Below, one piece after another: positions 11,682 through 39,100 of a DNA stretch of 64,000 nt. Each line of letters opens with the position of its first letter. Positions within the stretch are counted from its first letter, which is position 1. Origin of the DNA: Paraspadella gotoi (Eukaryota; Animalia; Chaetognatha); contig CM119269.1 in NCBI GenBank assembly GCA_051294375.1, forward strand, positions 20,631,665 through 20,695,664, given 5' to 3'. Both the position numbers and the translations under genes were made by a program. The notes under the pieces were generated by a model, which was given only the letters and a program-made list of their open reading frames with translations, made no database searches and was not told the DNA's origin.

Positions 11682-13777
11682 CAAAATATAAAAGTGACCA
11701 TAAGGACAGAGTCCAAAAAAAAAAGAGAATTGTCCCTCCAAAACACATTCCGGTGGTTTCTCTAATGAGTTTGTTTTTTTAAAAGCGGATTCCATGTATT
11801 TGTGATTCTGTTCGAACATAGTTTTTAAAATCTTCGTAGAGGCTTGAGCTTTCTTTTCACTGTCCAGGTGCCGAATCCAACTACGAACTTCCGAATACTT
11901 TTTTTATAATCTACATGTGATGTCTCTTTAACATATAATATACAAGTTAATTTGAAATAATAATGTTTGATCACAAAGCTAATCCGCGCCCGATTAACGG
12001 CACGACCGCTTCCGAAAAATGCGCTCCGATATGCGCGGCGGGAAAGGTCGCTCCTCACCCGGATTGCGGCGGGAAGGCAGAGAAGACCATCTTCAATGAA
12101 GAGTGCAGCTGCGTCATCGAGTATCAATGTTGCCCGGAAAAATGTCCCTCGTTACCAGAAAAAACTTGTGAAGAGGGTAATTCGTTCAATTTGTATGCCA
12201 CGTATGCATAATGCATATATGTCTTTTTGTTGTGCTAAACCTTATATTTGGAACGCGTGTTTTATTTCATTTTGATTTTTTTAAGGTACATTTTTGTTGA
12301 AAACCAAGGATTGTTGCGATTGTCCAATCTTTAGATGCGATGAATGCCCTAAGACGGACCATATAACCTGTCAAGCGGAATGCGAATTTTTAAGCTATTA
12401 TGTGAGTACAGCACAATAGTATATATATAAAAAAAAACATTCAAAGATCGCATGCTATTAAACTGGTATTCGGGCAATAAATATTAATAATGAAATGAAA
12501 ATTATATAAAATTGAAAAAGGTTTGTGGCATTTTCTATTGGTAAGGTTGTTTTTATCGGGATATCTTTATATCTATTAATTTCAGACTTCGACAAAATTA
12601 GTCAAAGTATTTTCGTTAATTCTTTTCTCACTAGAACTCCTCTGGTAGTTGCCCTCTTGTACAGTGCAATAAAAAACCCTGTCCTCCACCAGTTCCTATC
12701 ACCTGCCCCAAATGTTACAAGCCGGAATTTTTCATCAATGGAAGTTCTTGCAACTGTCCGCAATTGAAATGCGTGAATAAAAGTTGTACCCCTAAGGTTA
12801 TTTTGAGATCAGAAGATTATCCATGTCACGAAATTATTGATGGTTACGACAATTGTGGCTGCGAGACTCAATACGCTGTTTCTGAGAACTACTGTCGGAA
12901 GATAAATGAAGCCGTCCGGAATCGAGTTTGCCCTGAAGGAGAGCTTGCCGAGGAGTGCTACGAAAACAGCGTCGATATAAACGGCGGCGAATGTGGATGT
13001 TACTCCAGTGAATGTGTGGTGAGAGAAGAGAAGGTTGTCAACTTGTACGAAGACAAGCACTGTCCGAAAAATCACGTCATGAGGCGCGGTGTAACGCCAT
13101 GTGGAAAGGCTCGGGACGTCTGCATGCCATGTGTTCAGAATAAGTGTGACGAGAAATGCGAGGATCTTCTCGCGATTAACAACCAAACGGGTTGCGAAAT
13201 TCACGTATGCAAGAAAAAAAAGTGTCCCTCGTGCATTTTTACAGAATCAGACTTGGATGAATGCGAATGTTATAAATGTCGTTTCGATTCGAATTGGATC
13301 ATGATTCAAAAACGAACCAAGATGAATAACGACGACTTTAATAGAAATTGGAAATCTTATGAGAATGGCTTTGAGACAGAAAATGGAGACTTTTGGTTGG
13401 GATTAAAGGAAATCAGAACCAAAACTTTAACCGGACCCTGGCAGTTGGCTATGGTTGCGAAAACGACCAGCAATGAGTGGACTTACGTGGTGCTCGATGA
13501 TTTTCGTTTAGGATCCGAAGCTGAAAAGTATACTCTCCAGTTCTCTAACATTGTGGAGAAGAGAGGATCAGTACCACCTGATAATCTTATGAATTACTTC
13601 AAAGGAAAGAGATTCAGCACGTACGACAATGGAGTAACTCGCTGTGCTTATAATTACAAAGGAGGCTGGTGGTTTTACTCTTGCTATCATATTTGTTTTA
13701 ACTGCAATGATGATAAGCAGCCAACTTGGAATATAAAAGCAAGCGAGTCCAGAATGTTTATGCGACCGAAACAGTAA
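10993..13777 (+). CDS. Secreted Cys-rich-repeat protein with C-terminal fibrinogen-related domain (FReD), 504 aa, 4 exons
   Basis: Exons 10993-11050 (signal peptide MTTMKSIFVFILFCLASIT), 11979-12176, 12286-12401 and 12635-13777. All introns are GT-AG with matching phases (1,1,0). FReD motifs: WIMIQKR, FNRNWKSYENGF, GDFWLGL, FRLGSEAEKYTL, RFSTYD, CAYNYKGGWWFYSC. Confidence 0.9.
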
Positions 13778-14979
13778 TGTAATTATAGAAATTCAAACTA
13801 TTCTGATTCGATGAAAAATTTGAGACCCAATTTGGCAATTACCATTTTGTGTTAAAGCACTCAAACTGAACTATAAAACTTTTAAAAATTTTCAAATTTA
13901 AATAGGCGGTATGACAGAGTTATATTGAATAAATTTAAAAACCATACGATTATAAGATTTTAAAAAGCATCCTCGTGACGACATGCCGCTAAAATTATTT
14001 TATCGAAAAGAGAGAAACATAAAGGTGCAACTTGTGTTAGTAGACGCGACTATTCGGTGTTAACGTTTGAAGGACCTGATAACAATCCGTTCAGCCTTCA
14101 CTATATGAAAATACTATATGAAAATACTATATAAAAAAAGATATTGTTGTTAATGTTATTAGTTTGGTAATAAATTTTGATTTTTTAATTTAAAAAAATA
14201 AAAATACTTCCTTTCTTTCGTTTTGTAATCTATTTTGTTATCTATTTTTCTGAATATAAAAAGTTAATTGATTTGACGGAAAGTTATGTTTAGACTTTAG
14301 AGAATTTACCATGTTTAAATTTTTTTTAGTTTATCGTATATAGTTTATAGTTTAAAGTACTCCGATTTGATTATCATTCTGTTGGTTTTGCTGGCCTTTT
14401 TTTATTGATGATATTACCTACGCCATTGAAATAATGAATCGAATAGTATGAAATAGAAAGATTTTAAGAGTTACTTTCGACATCAGTTATTCTAGGAGAC
14501 AAGAAGTTTGACGAATTGTTTTCATATGATCATAAATTAAGAAAATTTCCATCGTCGACATAGTTTTCATAATATTTTTATAAGTAGAATGAAGGAGAGA
14601 CGGCTGGATGATCCGAGATGACAACGTCAACGTCATCATCATCATCATCATCATCACTATCATCATTCTGCCATCATCACATTCATCAACCTCTTCTTAA
14701 TTTCATGACGTCGACGCTTATCTCCGTTTTTCAGGAAAACGCGGAACGAAGTTGTTGTCGTTGTCGTTGTGGTAGTAGTAAATAGTAACCTACGTAAACT
14801 TCCTTTTTATTGTTGTTGATGTCGTCGCTGGTTTTAATGATTTTGCAACTCGTGAAGAGTGAAGACGGGTATAACATTAAAGATCTTTATAGTGGGTTAA
14901 TTTGTGATAGTAATATATGTCGAAAAATAAGTAATATTATAAATGGTAACGATCGATCTTTAAACCATGATGATTCACT

Positions 14980-14980
14980 A

Positions 14981-15050
<70 letters not shown>
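14980..15050. repeat. (GAT)n microsatellite
   Basis: Pure gat run. It accounts for the poly-Asp ORF 14810-15064. Confidence 0.95.
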
Positions 15051-15051
<1 letters not shown>

Positions 15052-15264
15052 GTCATATCGCTAAAAATTCTCTTTTTCAAAATTCAAATAAAATTTAAAT
15101 TTTGTCATAATTTATTTATTTGCATTACGAATTTTTGAAAGAAAATAGAAGGGAAATTGTTTTCTCATTACAGAGAGAGGAATAATTGAAAAAAAAAATG
15201 CAAATCTGGAAGAGAGAAAAGAGAGAGGAAGAGAGAGGAGAGAGGAGAGAGAGAAGAAGAGAGA

Positions 15265-15295
<31 letters not shown>

Positions 15296-15315
15296 AGAGA
15301 GAAAGAGAAAGAGAA

Positions 15316-15352
<37 letters not shown>

Positions 15353-16460
15353 AGAGAAGAGAGAGAGAGAGTTGGGTCCAAAGAAGAACGATTCTTCCCC
15401 TAATTTGCCTTCAACGTCGGTTCTGACATTTTCAAGAGGAAATCAGACCAGGCGGTTTTTAATCACCGAATCCGAGAATCTCCCTCGAGGATTTGGGCCG
15501 AAGATCGCCTCATCCCCAATCACTGCATTCAGGCTTCAAGTGATTTTCTTTTCGCGCTGATTACTAATCAAGCCACAGAGGCGCCTCCTCTTTGAATCCT
15601 TATACAGGGAGGTCCAGCTCTAATGGGATTTTGCGACTAGGATAGAGAAGCAGACTGTCCCCTTACTACTGTCCCAGCAGTAGGAATGGCAACAGACCTC
15701 CCTGTTTAGCCGAAGTCACGAGTTTTAAATCAAGCCTTTTTTATTTCCATTTGAATTTTTGTCTTTCTATTTATTTTTTCTTTACTCTCCCCCTCTCTCT
15801 TTCTCATCTCTTTCTTTTCCCCTTCTTTTCTCTCCTTCCCCGCAAACTCTCTCAACCATGAAGATCCAAACGACGCTGTCACCGGAAGTGGGCGTGGTCG
15901 AGTCGGTTTTGGCGGGAGACAAATTTGAGCCTAAAAAAAAGAGCATCGTCGCTAAAATTAGGTTGAAGAGAAAATACTGGAGAGGAGGAAAGTGGATGGG
16001 AGGAAAAAAGGAGAGAGAGAGAGAGAGAGAGAGAAAGGATGAAAAGAAGACTTGGACGGAAACTGTGCCAAGTTTTTTCATACTTTGTCCCTCTACGGCC
16101 GACATTTTAATCTTAAAATTTATTTCTACAATTTGAACACTAAATTTATTTGTGTCGAGAAAAATTATTATATTATTCTTATTATTATTCTTATTATTAT
16201 AATATTATTCTTAATGTTGCTTTCATTTTGTCACAAAGCATAATTTTAAAGCCGACATCTTCGCAGTTCTTCATCCATATGTCTCCCCCCCCCCCCCGTC
16301 GAGCCATTTTTATTGTTCGGCCGCCAACGAAAATTCTGAAAAAGCCCTTGTCGCAGATGCCCCAAAAGAATTTGTGGCTTTGACCTGACGTTCATCTGAC
16401 CCCGTATTTCTTGACTTTTTCCCCAAGTCCGCCTCCTTATAAATTATGTAATCCTACTGT

Positions 16461-16497
<37 letters not shown>

Positions 16498-16588
16498 AGA
16501 TGACACCAGCTTCGTCTGCGACATTTTTCTTCTTCTTCGTTTTCGTATTCAGCGTCGAGTTCGACGAAGAAACGGGAAATTATGTTTG

Positions 16589-16870
16589 GTCACGTGATGG
16601 TCGATGTCACGTGATTCTACTTCGTCACGTAAGGGTGAGGGCACGTGGGTGTCAAGGTCAGAAAAGCTAATATTTTGAGAAAAGACAAGGGAGTCGATAA
16701 ATTGTCAAGAATTCAGCTTTATTATTTTTCTGTCTTACTATGTATGTAATAAAAAAAAAATTATTAAGAGGATTTTGTGGCCCGACTCTTGTTTAGCCCA
16801 CTTAACCACATAACTTTCTCAAATATCCACGGCCTTGACCACTAATCTACCTCGCCCTGACCACGTGACC
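16589..16870. promoter_or_regulatory. Cluster of E-box/CLEAR-like (GTCACGTG) motifs upstream of the ENT gene
   Basis: GTCACGTGA at 16589 and 16606, GTCACGTA at 16624, GCACGTGG at 16641 and CCACGTGACC at 16861. Confidence 0.4.
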
Positions 16871-16959
16871 TTCTCCCTCCGTCGTCGTGCCCAGAATTAT
16901 CTTCTCTGGTTCCAATTTTTTCTCGTTTGCGGACGCGAGAGTTTTTCTCGCCTTCGTCT

Positions 16960-17600
16960 TCCTCGAGTCGTTGACGTCGTCGTCGTTGACGTCGTCGCCA
17001 ATGTCGTATCGTCGTCGTCGTCGTCGCCATTGTCGTTTCGTCGTGGGCGTCGCCATTGTCATTTCGTCGTCGTCGTTGACGTCGTCGCCAATGTCGTATC
17101 GTCTCGTTGTCGCCAATGTCGTATCATCGTCGTCGTCGCCATTGTCGTGTCGTCCTCGTCGTCGTCGTCGCCATTGTCACCATCGTCGTCATTGCCATTG
17201 TCGTTTCGTCGTCGTCGTCGACATTATCTAATCGTCGTCGTCATCGTCGCCAATGTCGTATCGTCGTCGTCGTCATTGTTCTGTCGTCACCGTCGTCGTC
17301 GTCGCCATTGTCGTTGACGTCGTCGTCGTCGTTGACGTCGTCGCCATTGTCGAATCGTCGTCGTCGTTCACCTTGTTGATATTGTCGTGATCCTCTTCAA
17401 TGTCGTCACCATTTTTTACCATGGTTGTCGTCGTCGTCGTGATGTCGAATGTCTTCGTCGTCATTGTCATTGACCTTGTTGCCGTGGTCGTGCTCGTCGT
17501 CGTCATGTCGTCATCGCTGTCGTCATCGTCGGCGTCGTGGTCGTCTTCGTCGGCGTCGTGGTCGTTTTCGTCGGCGTCGTGGTCGTACTATCATTGTCAT
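16960..17600. repeat. Degenerate (GTC)n-based CpG-rich tandem array
   Basis: Recurrent gtcgtcgtcgttgacgtcgtcgccaatgtcgtatc units. These produce the spurious poly-Ser/Val/Arg ORFs. Confidence 0.85.
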
Positions 17601-19212
17601 TATAACTATCATGTTGTTCAAACAATCTATGCCCCTCGGTATTTTCGTTAATTATTTTTGATTAATGATTGAGAATCAGCATCGGTAGGTTGTTTTTAAT
17701 TTTGGCCCCCGACGCGAGAATTTATTATTAAAAATGCAACATATTCAGTGTCTCATCGTCTCGTCGAGGAGAAAACAGTGATCGAAAAATAACGGTTTCA
17801 TTATTCAGTATTTTGAAAGATTGCTATCATTTTCTCATTTTGTCCTTTTTCTTAATATTATTAAATGTTTTGTTTTTCCGTTGAGAATTTTCAGATTATG
17901 GAACCAAAAAATATCTTCTCATTGAACTGAAAATTATATTATATTTTCTTTCTTTTCTTTACTCTTTCCGTTTTCTCTCCCTTTATATCGTTGGCTCTCT
18001 TTTTCTCTTTCTGGCTCTCCATCCCTTTAGGCTTTCTTTAGTTCTTTCTCTCTTTTTTCTCTCTCGCACCGTCAACTCAAAGATTTTTGGCCAATAAAAC
18101 ACCCCAAGTGTGAAAAGGGATGTGACCCGTCAACTTCCCGACCCGCCTTCGAAAACACAGTTCATAGTGCGGAAAAGAATAACAACAACAAACAACTGCT
18201 GTCGATTTGGGAAAGATATTAGCAGCTATTAGTAAAAAAAAAATAAGGAATAAAAATAAATAAAATTTGAGGAGGGAAAAGAAGTGAAAAAAAAAAATAC
18301 GTAGTAAAGAGTAGTACCGAGCATTAGTTTTTTCTCACACATTGTTCAATGATCAATTGTTCATGTTTTTATGTTTTTACATTCAATCTTGAACTTTCAG
18401 AATGTAATCGCAAAGTGGTCTCAAAAAAGGTCATGTTTGTTTTTTCTTAATGCGATTTTGTGTTCTGTGATGACATAAAATGTTTTGAGGTTTTCTATTT
18501 GTTGCCATAAGGTTACAAGTAATTTTTTTCAAATAAATCTGGCCTCACATACGTATGTACACCCAATGATTTTTTGCTAATTCTCTGTGGATAATTTTTT
18601 TAATTCTTATAATACGTATGAAAATATTTCGGAAAGTTTATTACCTATTTAAAAACTTCTTAGTATAAATATTTGATAATGGAACCCTAAAACTTAATAT
18701 TCATAATGAAATTGATACGACCAATATTAGAGTTAAATAACCTATTTTGGCCAGACTTTGACCGGCTATGATGGATTAAGGCCTCCATCCCTCTTACCAA
18801 ATTTTGGCCATTTTTGGCCAGACTATTTTGGCCAGACTTTGACTTTGACTTTGACTTCATCCCTCTTGCCAAATTACAAATTACAATCAAAACTCTCTAA
18901 CTCGCAAAGTACTTGCTTCCCTATTAATGAAGTGTTATAATATTTTAATGTTTATTATAATTATAATATTATAATGTTTGAATTGTATAAAAAAACCACT
19001 GCCTTAAGTATTAGATCGGGGAACTACTATGAAGCTCATTTTGAGATTAATAACTAATTTACCCGTTTTTTAATGTAGAGAAACCGCAAGCGTTTGGTTG
19101 CATAAGAATCACGAACTATAAAGTTGAATCCTATTTTAATACCAAATCTTCAAAAAATCATTTTCTAACAAAACAATTCTATTACTTGACTCAACCAAGT
19201 ATCGAAAGAGCA

Positions 19213-34148
<14,936 letters not shown>

Positions 34149-36118
34149 GTTCTCTAAAACTTTCTCAAAATTCTCACTTTTCGGTCTGTTTGTCGGTCAG
34201 TCCGTCGGTCTGTTTGTCAGTCAGTCCGTCGGTCTGTTTGTCGGTCAGTCCGTCGGTCTGTCTCACTTACATTAAAAATGCATATAATTAGCCTATAGTT
34301 GGTTTCTCATTTGTAAAGACAGAAAAAACCTCAAATCTAAGGGACTGCTAACGCCGCCCTTAGGAATTGCTAAAACTATAAGGATTAAAAGACGATTTTG
34401 ATGCAGTGCATGTCATAAATACACGGGCAAAGAAAGGTTTTTAGTCATGTCATGTCATGTAATATCATGTGAAAATAAAGTCACTGCGGCGCAACACATT
34501 GGAATTACCGTTCTTGTTCTTCAACAGACTCATATGTGCCCCTGGAGATTTTTCTTTGTCAGAGAAAATTTCGAAAACTCAATTTTATGATCGAAAATAA
34601 ATGTTCGGTTCGCGATTCCTCATCTCACTTTTTCCATCCCCCAGCAACCTCCATCTATGGCCTTTCAACGCGATACATTTAATTTGCTTTTTATCAATTT
34701 TTTTTTTTCGTAAACAAAGAAGTATCAAGGTCATTGAACCCTCCCATCACACAATGAATTTCCGCCAAATGACCACAATTATCCCGGCCACCTCTCCTCT
34801 CAAGACAACCATCAATTTTCACCTCATGACCCCCAAGGAAACGAAGAGAGAGAGAGAGAGAGAGAGAAGAAGAGAGAGAGAGAGAGAGAGAGAGAATGAG
34901 AGACCTGTGCAAGGACACGGAAAACTGCGATCCTTTGAGAACACCTAAACTCCCACTCGCTCTCTATCTTTATTACTTGGAATTTTTTCGTTGCAAAAAT
35001 TGTCTTAAAGTTATTTTCTATGTTACTTAAATTTTATTGCAATTTTTTTAAAGGGGTTTTTCCATAAGTAAATGATTAATTTTTCTTCTTATTGTTGTAC
35101 AATTATACATAACTGTTTAGACTTCGCCCATTACCTTTTGACAAAGATATTAAGCCCCGCCTTTCTTTCTCAGTATCTGATTTGTCTAGGTCAAACTCGT
35201 TTGGCCGTGAGAGTATGAAGCCGCTTAAGGTTAATTTTTGGTTTACCTTTTAATACCTCGAACGTGCGACTCCGAAAACATGGAGTCAGAAAGAATTTCA
35301 CACCTTTTGTATAATTTTACAGTATAGTGTATGAGCTATTTTTGAAAATCTCTGACAAACCAACGAGAGAAACCTCTCATTTAGTATTTTCTCCATTACC
35401 ACTCCTGCCTACTTTTCAAGTGATACAATTTCCACACCTGTTCCTCTCTTCCTTCGAATGAGAATAAAAGCCCCATGGAAACCCATGAAAACTCCATAGA
35501 ATCCATCGCTCGTGGAACGAAAACGCGACATAAAAAGCAAACGACTTTGAATTTAGGGGGAAAAAATCAATTCTAACAGAAAGAACGATTAAAAGCAATC
35601 GCAACAGTTAAGGGAAAAGAGCACTATCGCGTATTGCAATTTTACCTATTTATATATTTTTTTTTTTTTTTGTTATTTTGACAGCATCTGAAATTAAATC
35701 AGATTGAAATGAAAGTTTTATGTTTCCGACGCTGTGTAAATAGTACCCACAAGTGACTTTGCTTCGTTATGCTTTTGGAAGCAAAGTAATAAAAAATATG
35801 AATAAAAAATCTATAAAAAAGCATGCAAATTCTAGTTTAATTAAGTAAAGCTGGCAAGAAATGACTTACAATTTAAAAAAACAATTATAATTAATGTTAG
35901 CATTATTAATCAAATTGTAAAATGGATAAGCACGAAACCGATCTATTCGATTATAATTTTTTTAAAATTATATACAATTCTGTATACATCAACAACAATT
36001 CAACAACATGAAAAAAATAATGTAAAAACAGGACTCTTTTTTTTTCTTTTTCTATTCGAGGCCTGATTAACCCTCGTTCACGATTCACAGGCCTGATAAA
36101 CGTTGACCCTCTTCCTCC

Positions 36119-39100
36119 TCAAGGTTCGTAGGCCTGATTAACTTTGGCTCCTCCTCTCGCCTTCATCTCCAAACCAATCTCCTTCTTGATCTGGGACTCT
36201 TTGTCCTTGACGCACGAGGGTAACCAACTCCAATGATCCGAATACTCGGGATCCGTGTACCTCGTTAGTTGGAGGCTCTTGTCCGCCGGGCCCCAGTTGG
36301 GCATTGGCCTCACCGCCCGCCACAGCCCCTCGCGCATGTTACCGTACCGACCGGTCTTGAGGCCCCAGCCCAGCTGGATCACCGGATAGAACGCGATGGT
36401 TGCCATGATGATGGCGGCGAAAATCCAGCCAATCCCGTCGCCCCAGGCGGGTAGCCCTTCGATGGGAGTGTAGTCAGCCAACGAATAGATAAAAAGGAAC
36501 AACAACAGCACCGGAGCCGCGATTGACCAGGTGAAGATCCAGTAGACGCTTGGCTCGAACCCCAGCATCAGCTTGCAGTCCTTGCTGAAGTTCCAGAAGC
36601 CGTAGACCCACATGAGGGTCATGCACTCGGTGAAGGCGATGAACAGCACCACGAAGCCTCCGCCGTAAGTGTCCAGCATGTCCGTGACGAGGGAACCCGC
36701 TTGGCACGTGCAGGGCAGGGCCAGGAGGAAGCACGAAGCAGCCATGACCCCGCAGACGATGGCCTTGTTGCGTCGGAAGATGCGGGGCCACTCGTCGGAG
36801 AATCCGGTGATGACAGTTTCGAGAAGAGCGAATTCAGAATCGAGTCCGAGGGTGAAGAGCATGAAGAAGAAGATGATGGTCCAGAATTGGGGCGGGGGGA
36901 GAGAGGCAAGTGCCTAAAGAATGGTGGGAATAAGGAGATAATTAATGATTGATTAGCTATTGATAATTGCTGTAAATACGTACCCCGCATATATGTTGTT
37001 TAATATTTTTTTTCTATAAGTATATATCTTTATCTTTTACTCCATCCCCCTGTTCTTCTCCGTTCCAAAACGCCACCTACCTGCGGATAGACAACAAACG
37101 CCAGTCCGAACCCTCCATTGCCTGCGACCTCGTCCACTTCGGTGTCCAGCTGCGTCGCCATATTGCCCAAGACGGAGAAGATGGTTATCCCGCCCAGAAT
37201 CGAGGTGACGGTGTCGAGGATGGAGACCAACATGGCGTCGAAATGGACGCGGTTGCGGAATTGGTTGTAGCTGCCGAACATGATGAGTCCGCCCCACGAG
37301 ACGGAGAGAGAGAAGAACATCTGACCGGCGGCGCGACGCCAGGTGACGACCTTAGGGGGGGGAAAGTAATGGCAATTTAATTTTCTAAGAGATGGAGAGG
37401 GATCAAAGATCAGACAGAGAAGAAGGATCACGTAAGAAAGAGTGAAGAAAGAAACATATTAAATCCGCTTACTGTTCTGCCAAGTTAAGTAATGAAAATT
37501 TCGCTACAAAAATATTTTTTTAGTCCGGTCTGACTCATCTGCTTATCACAGACTCCGACTCTAAAAGTCATTTATATCATATCAGAACCTAAAATTATGA
37601 TAAATCATGCTAAAAAAAATTATGTCCGTCCGTCCGTCTGTCTGTCTGAAGGTCCGTCCCACCTTTTCAATAATCTCTAATTACTCGTGATTGGATGGTT
37701 GGATTGGAATAAAATTTTGTGTGTGGGAAGGAAAGTGTGTGATTGAGCTCGATATAAATTTTTGATAGAATCGTAGGAGTGGAAAAGAGGTTAAATTAGA
37801 AAACAAAAAGACATACTTGTTTGAATTTTTAAAAGTTTCTCTCTTTATATCTCTCTCATTGATTGATTGATTGATTGATTGCTTGTTAATTTGGTTAAAT
37901 GATTGATTAATAATTTTTTTAATAGATTAATTGAAAAATCTGTTATGATTTATAATGTTATGATCTAGTTATGATTAGTTATCTTTCTCTCCCTCTCTCT
38001 ATTTACTTCGCAAAAGAAATAAAAATAAACATCTCAAAATTGGCAAAAGATCGACCTCCGACAACGAATTTTGAGGGTGTCGTCCCTACCCACCATTTCC
38101 AATCATTCCCACAACCTCTCCGCTCCCACCTGCGACATCTTATCCCAAGTCGGCTTCAAGAAAAACTCGATCCCCTTTCCCGCGCCTTCCATGGTGCAAC
38201 CCTTGATCAGCAGGATGATGAGGATGAGGTAAGGAAAAGTCGCCGTGAAGTAGACGACCTTTCCCGAACTCTTGACTCCCTTGAACAAGCAGACGAAGAC
38301 GACGATCCAGGAAAAAAGCAGACAGAGTACGATCTTCCAGCGGGGCGTGCCCAGGTTGCCGAAGTCGTAGTCCTCCGAGTGCTCCAGTACGATGTACTGG
38401 AAGTAGAGTTCGGTGGAGCTGCGAATATCGATGACGGAGAGCTTGTCGGGATCGACCACGCCGGCGGCGGTCTTGTCGCAGACCGACAGGCCGATGTCGC
38501 ATTTGCAACCTGATTAAAAAAACAGAGGGTTGGAAGGAGAAAGTGGATTGAATCCTTCGATAATGTAATGAGGGGGGCATTCGTTTTATCTTTTTTTTTA
38601 CAGCACATTTTCAACAATTTTTAAACGATTTCAACAAAGGACCAATAATTTTTTTTTTTGTGCGATTCGGAGATTTTTTTTCAGCTTCGTCTGGCCGTTT
38701 TTTTACTATTTTGGGTTTTTTTTAAGGCGTTTTTTATTCTCCTTTCATGGAGATTTGGTATATTTGGTACAGTTTTCATTAAAATTTCTGTAACCATTCT
38801 TGAACTTTACGCGCATCAATTACAATTTAAAATCACGCTTAATCACAGGCACAGTATAAGTAAAAGCTCAAACCGCCCGATCGCCTGCCTCCCACCTTTG
38901 GCGTCGTTTGTGGAATTTCCCGAACAGCGACACTGGAGGTAACAAGTGTCGTTGGCGCAGTTGGGATTTTGATTTTCGTAAAAGTCCGGTGTGCAGAAGG
39001 GGATCCTCGCGACTGCATCCTCGACGCCCTTCAAGTCGTCGTCGTCTTCGTTTTCATTGACAAACTCGAGAAATTTCTTGCGTCGGTCGTCGGCGACCGA

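Noticed and set aside
14060-14102. Hammerhead-like look on the minus strand
   Set aside because: The CUGANGA and GAAA boxes are not both present; too degenerate.
16835-17661. Overlapping Ser/Val/Arg-rich ORFs
   Set aside because: Products of the degenerate (GTC)n array.
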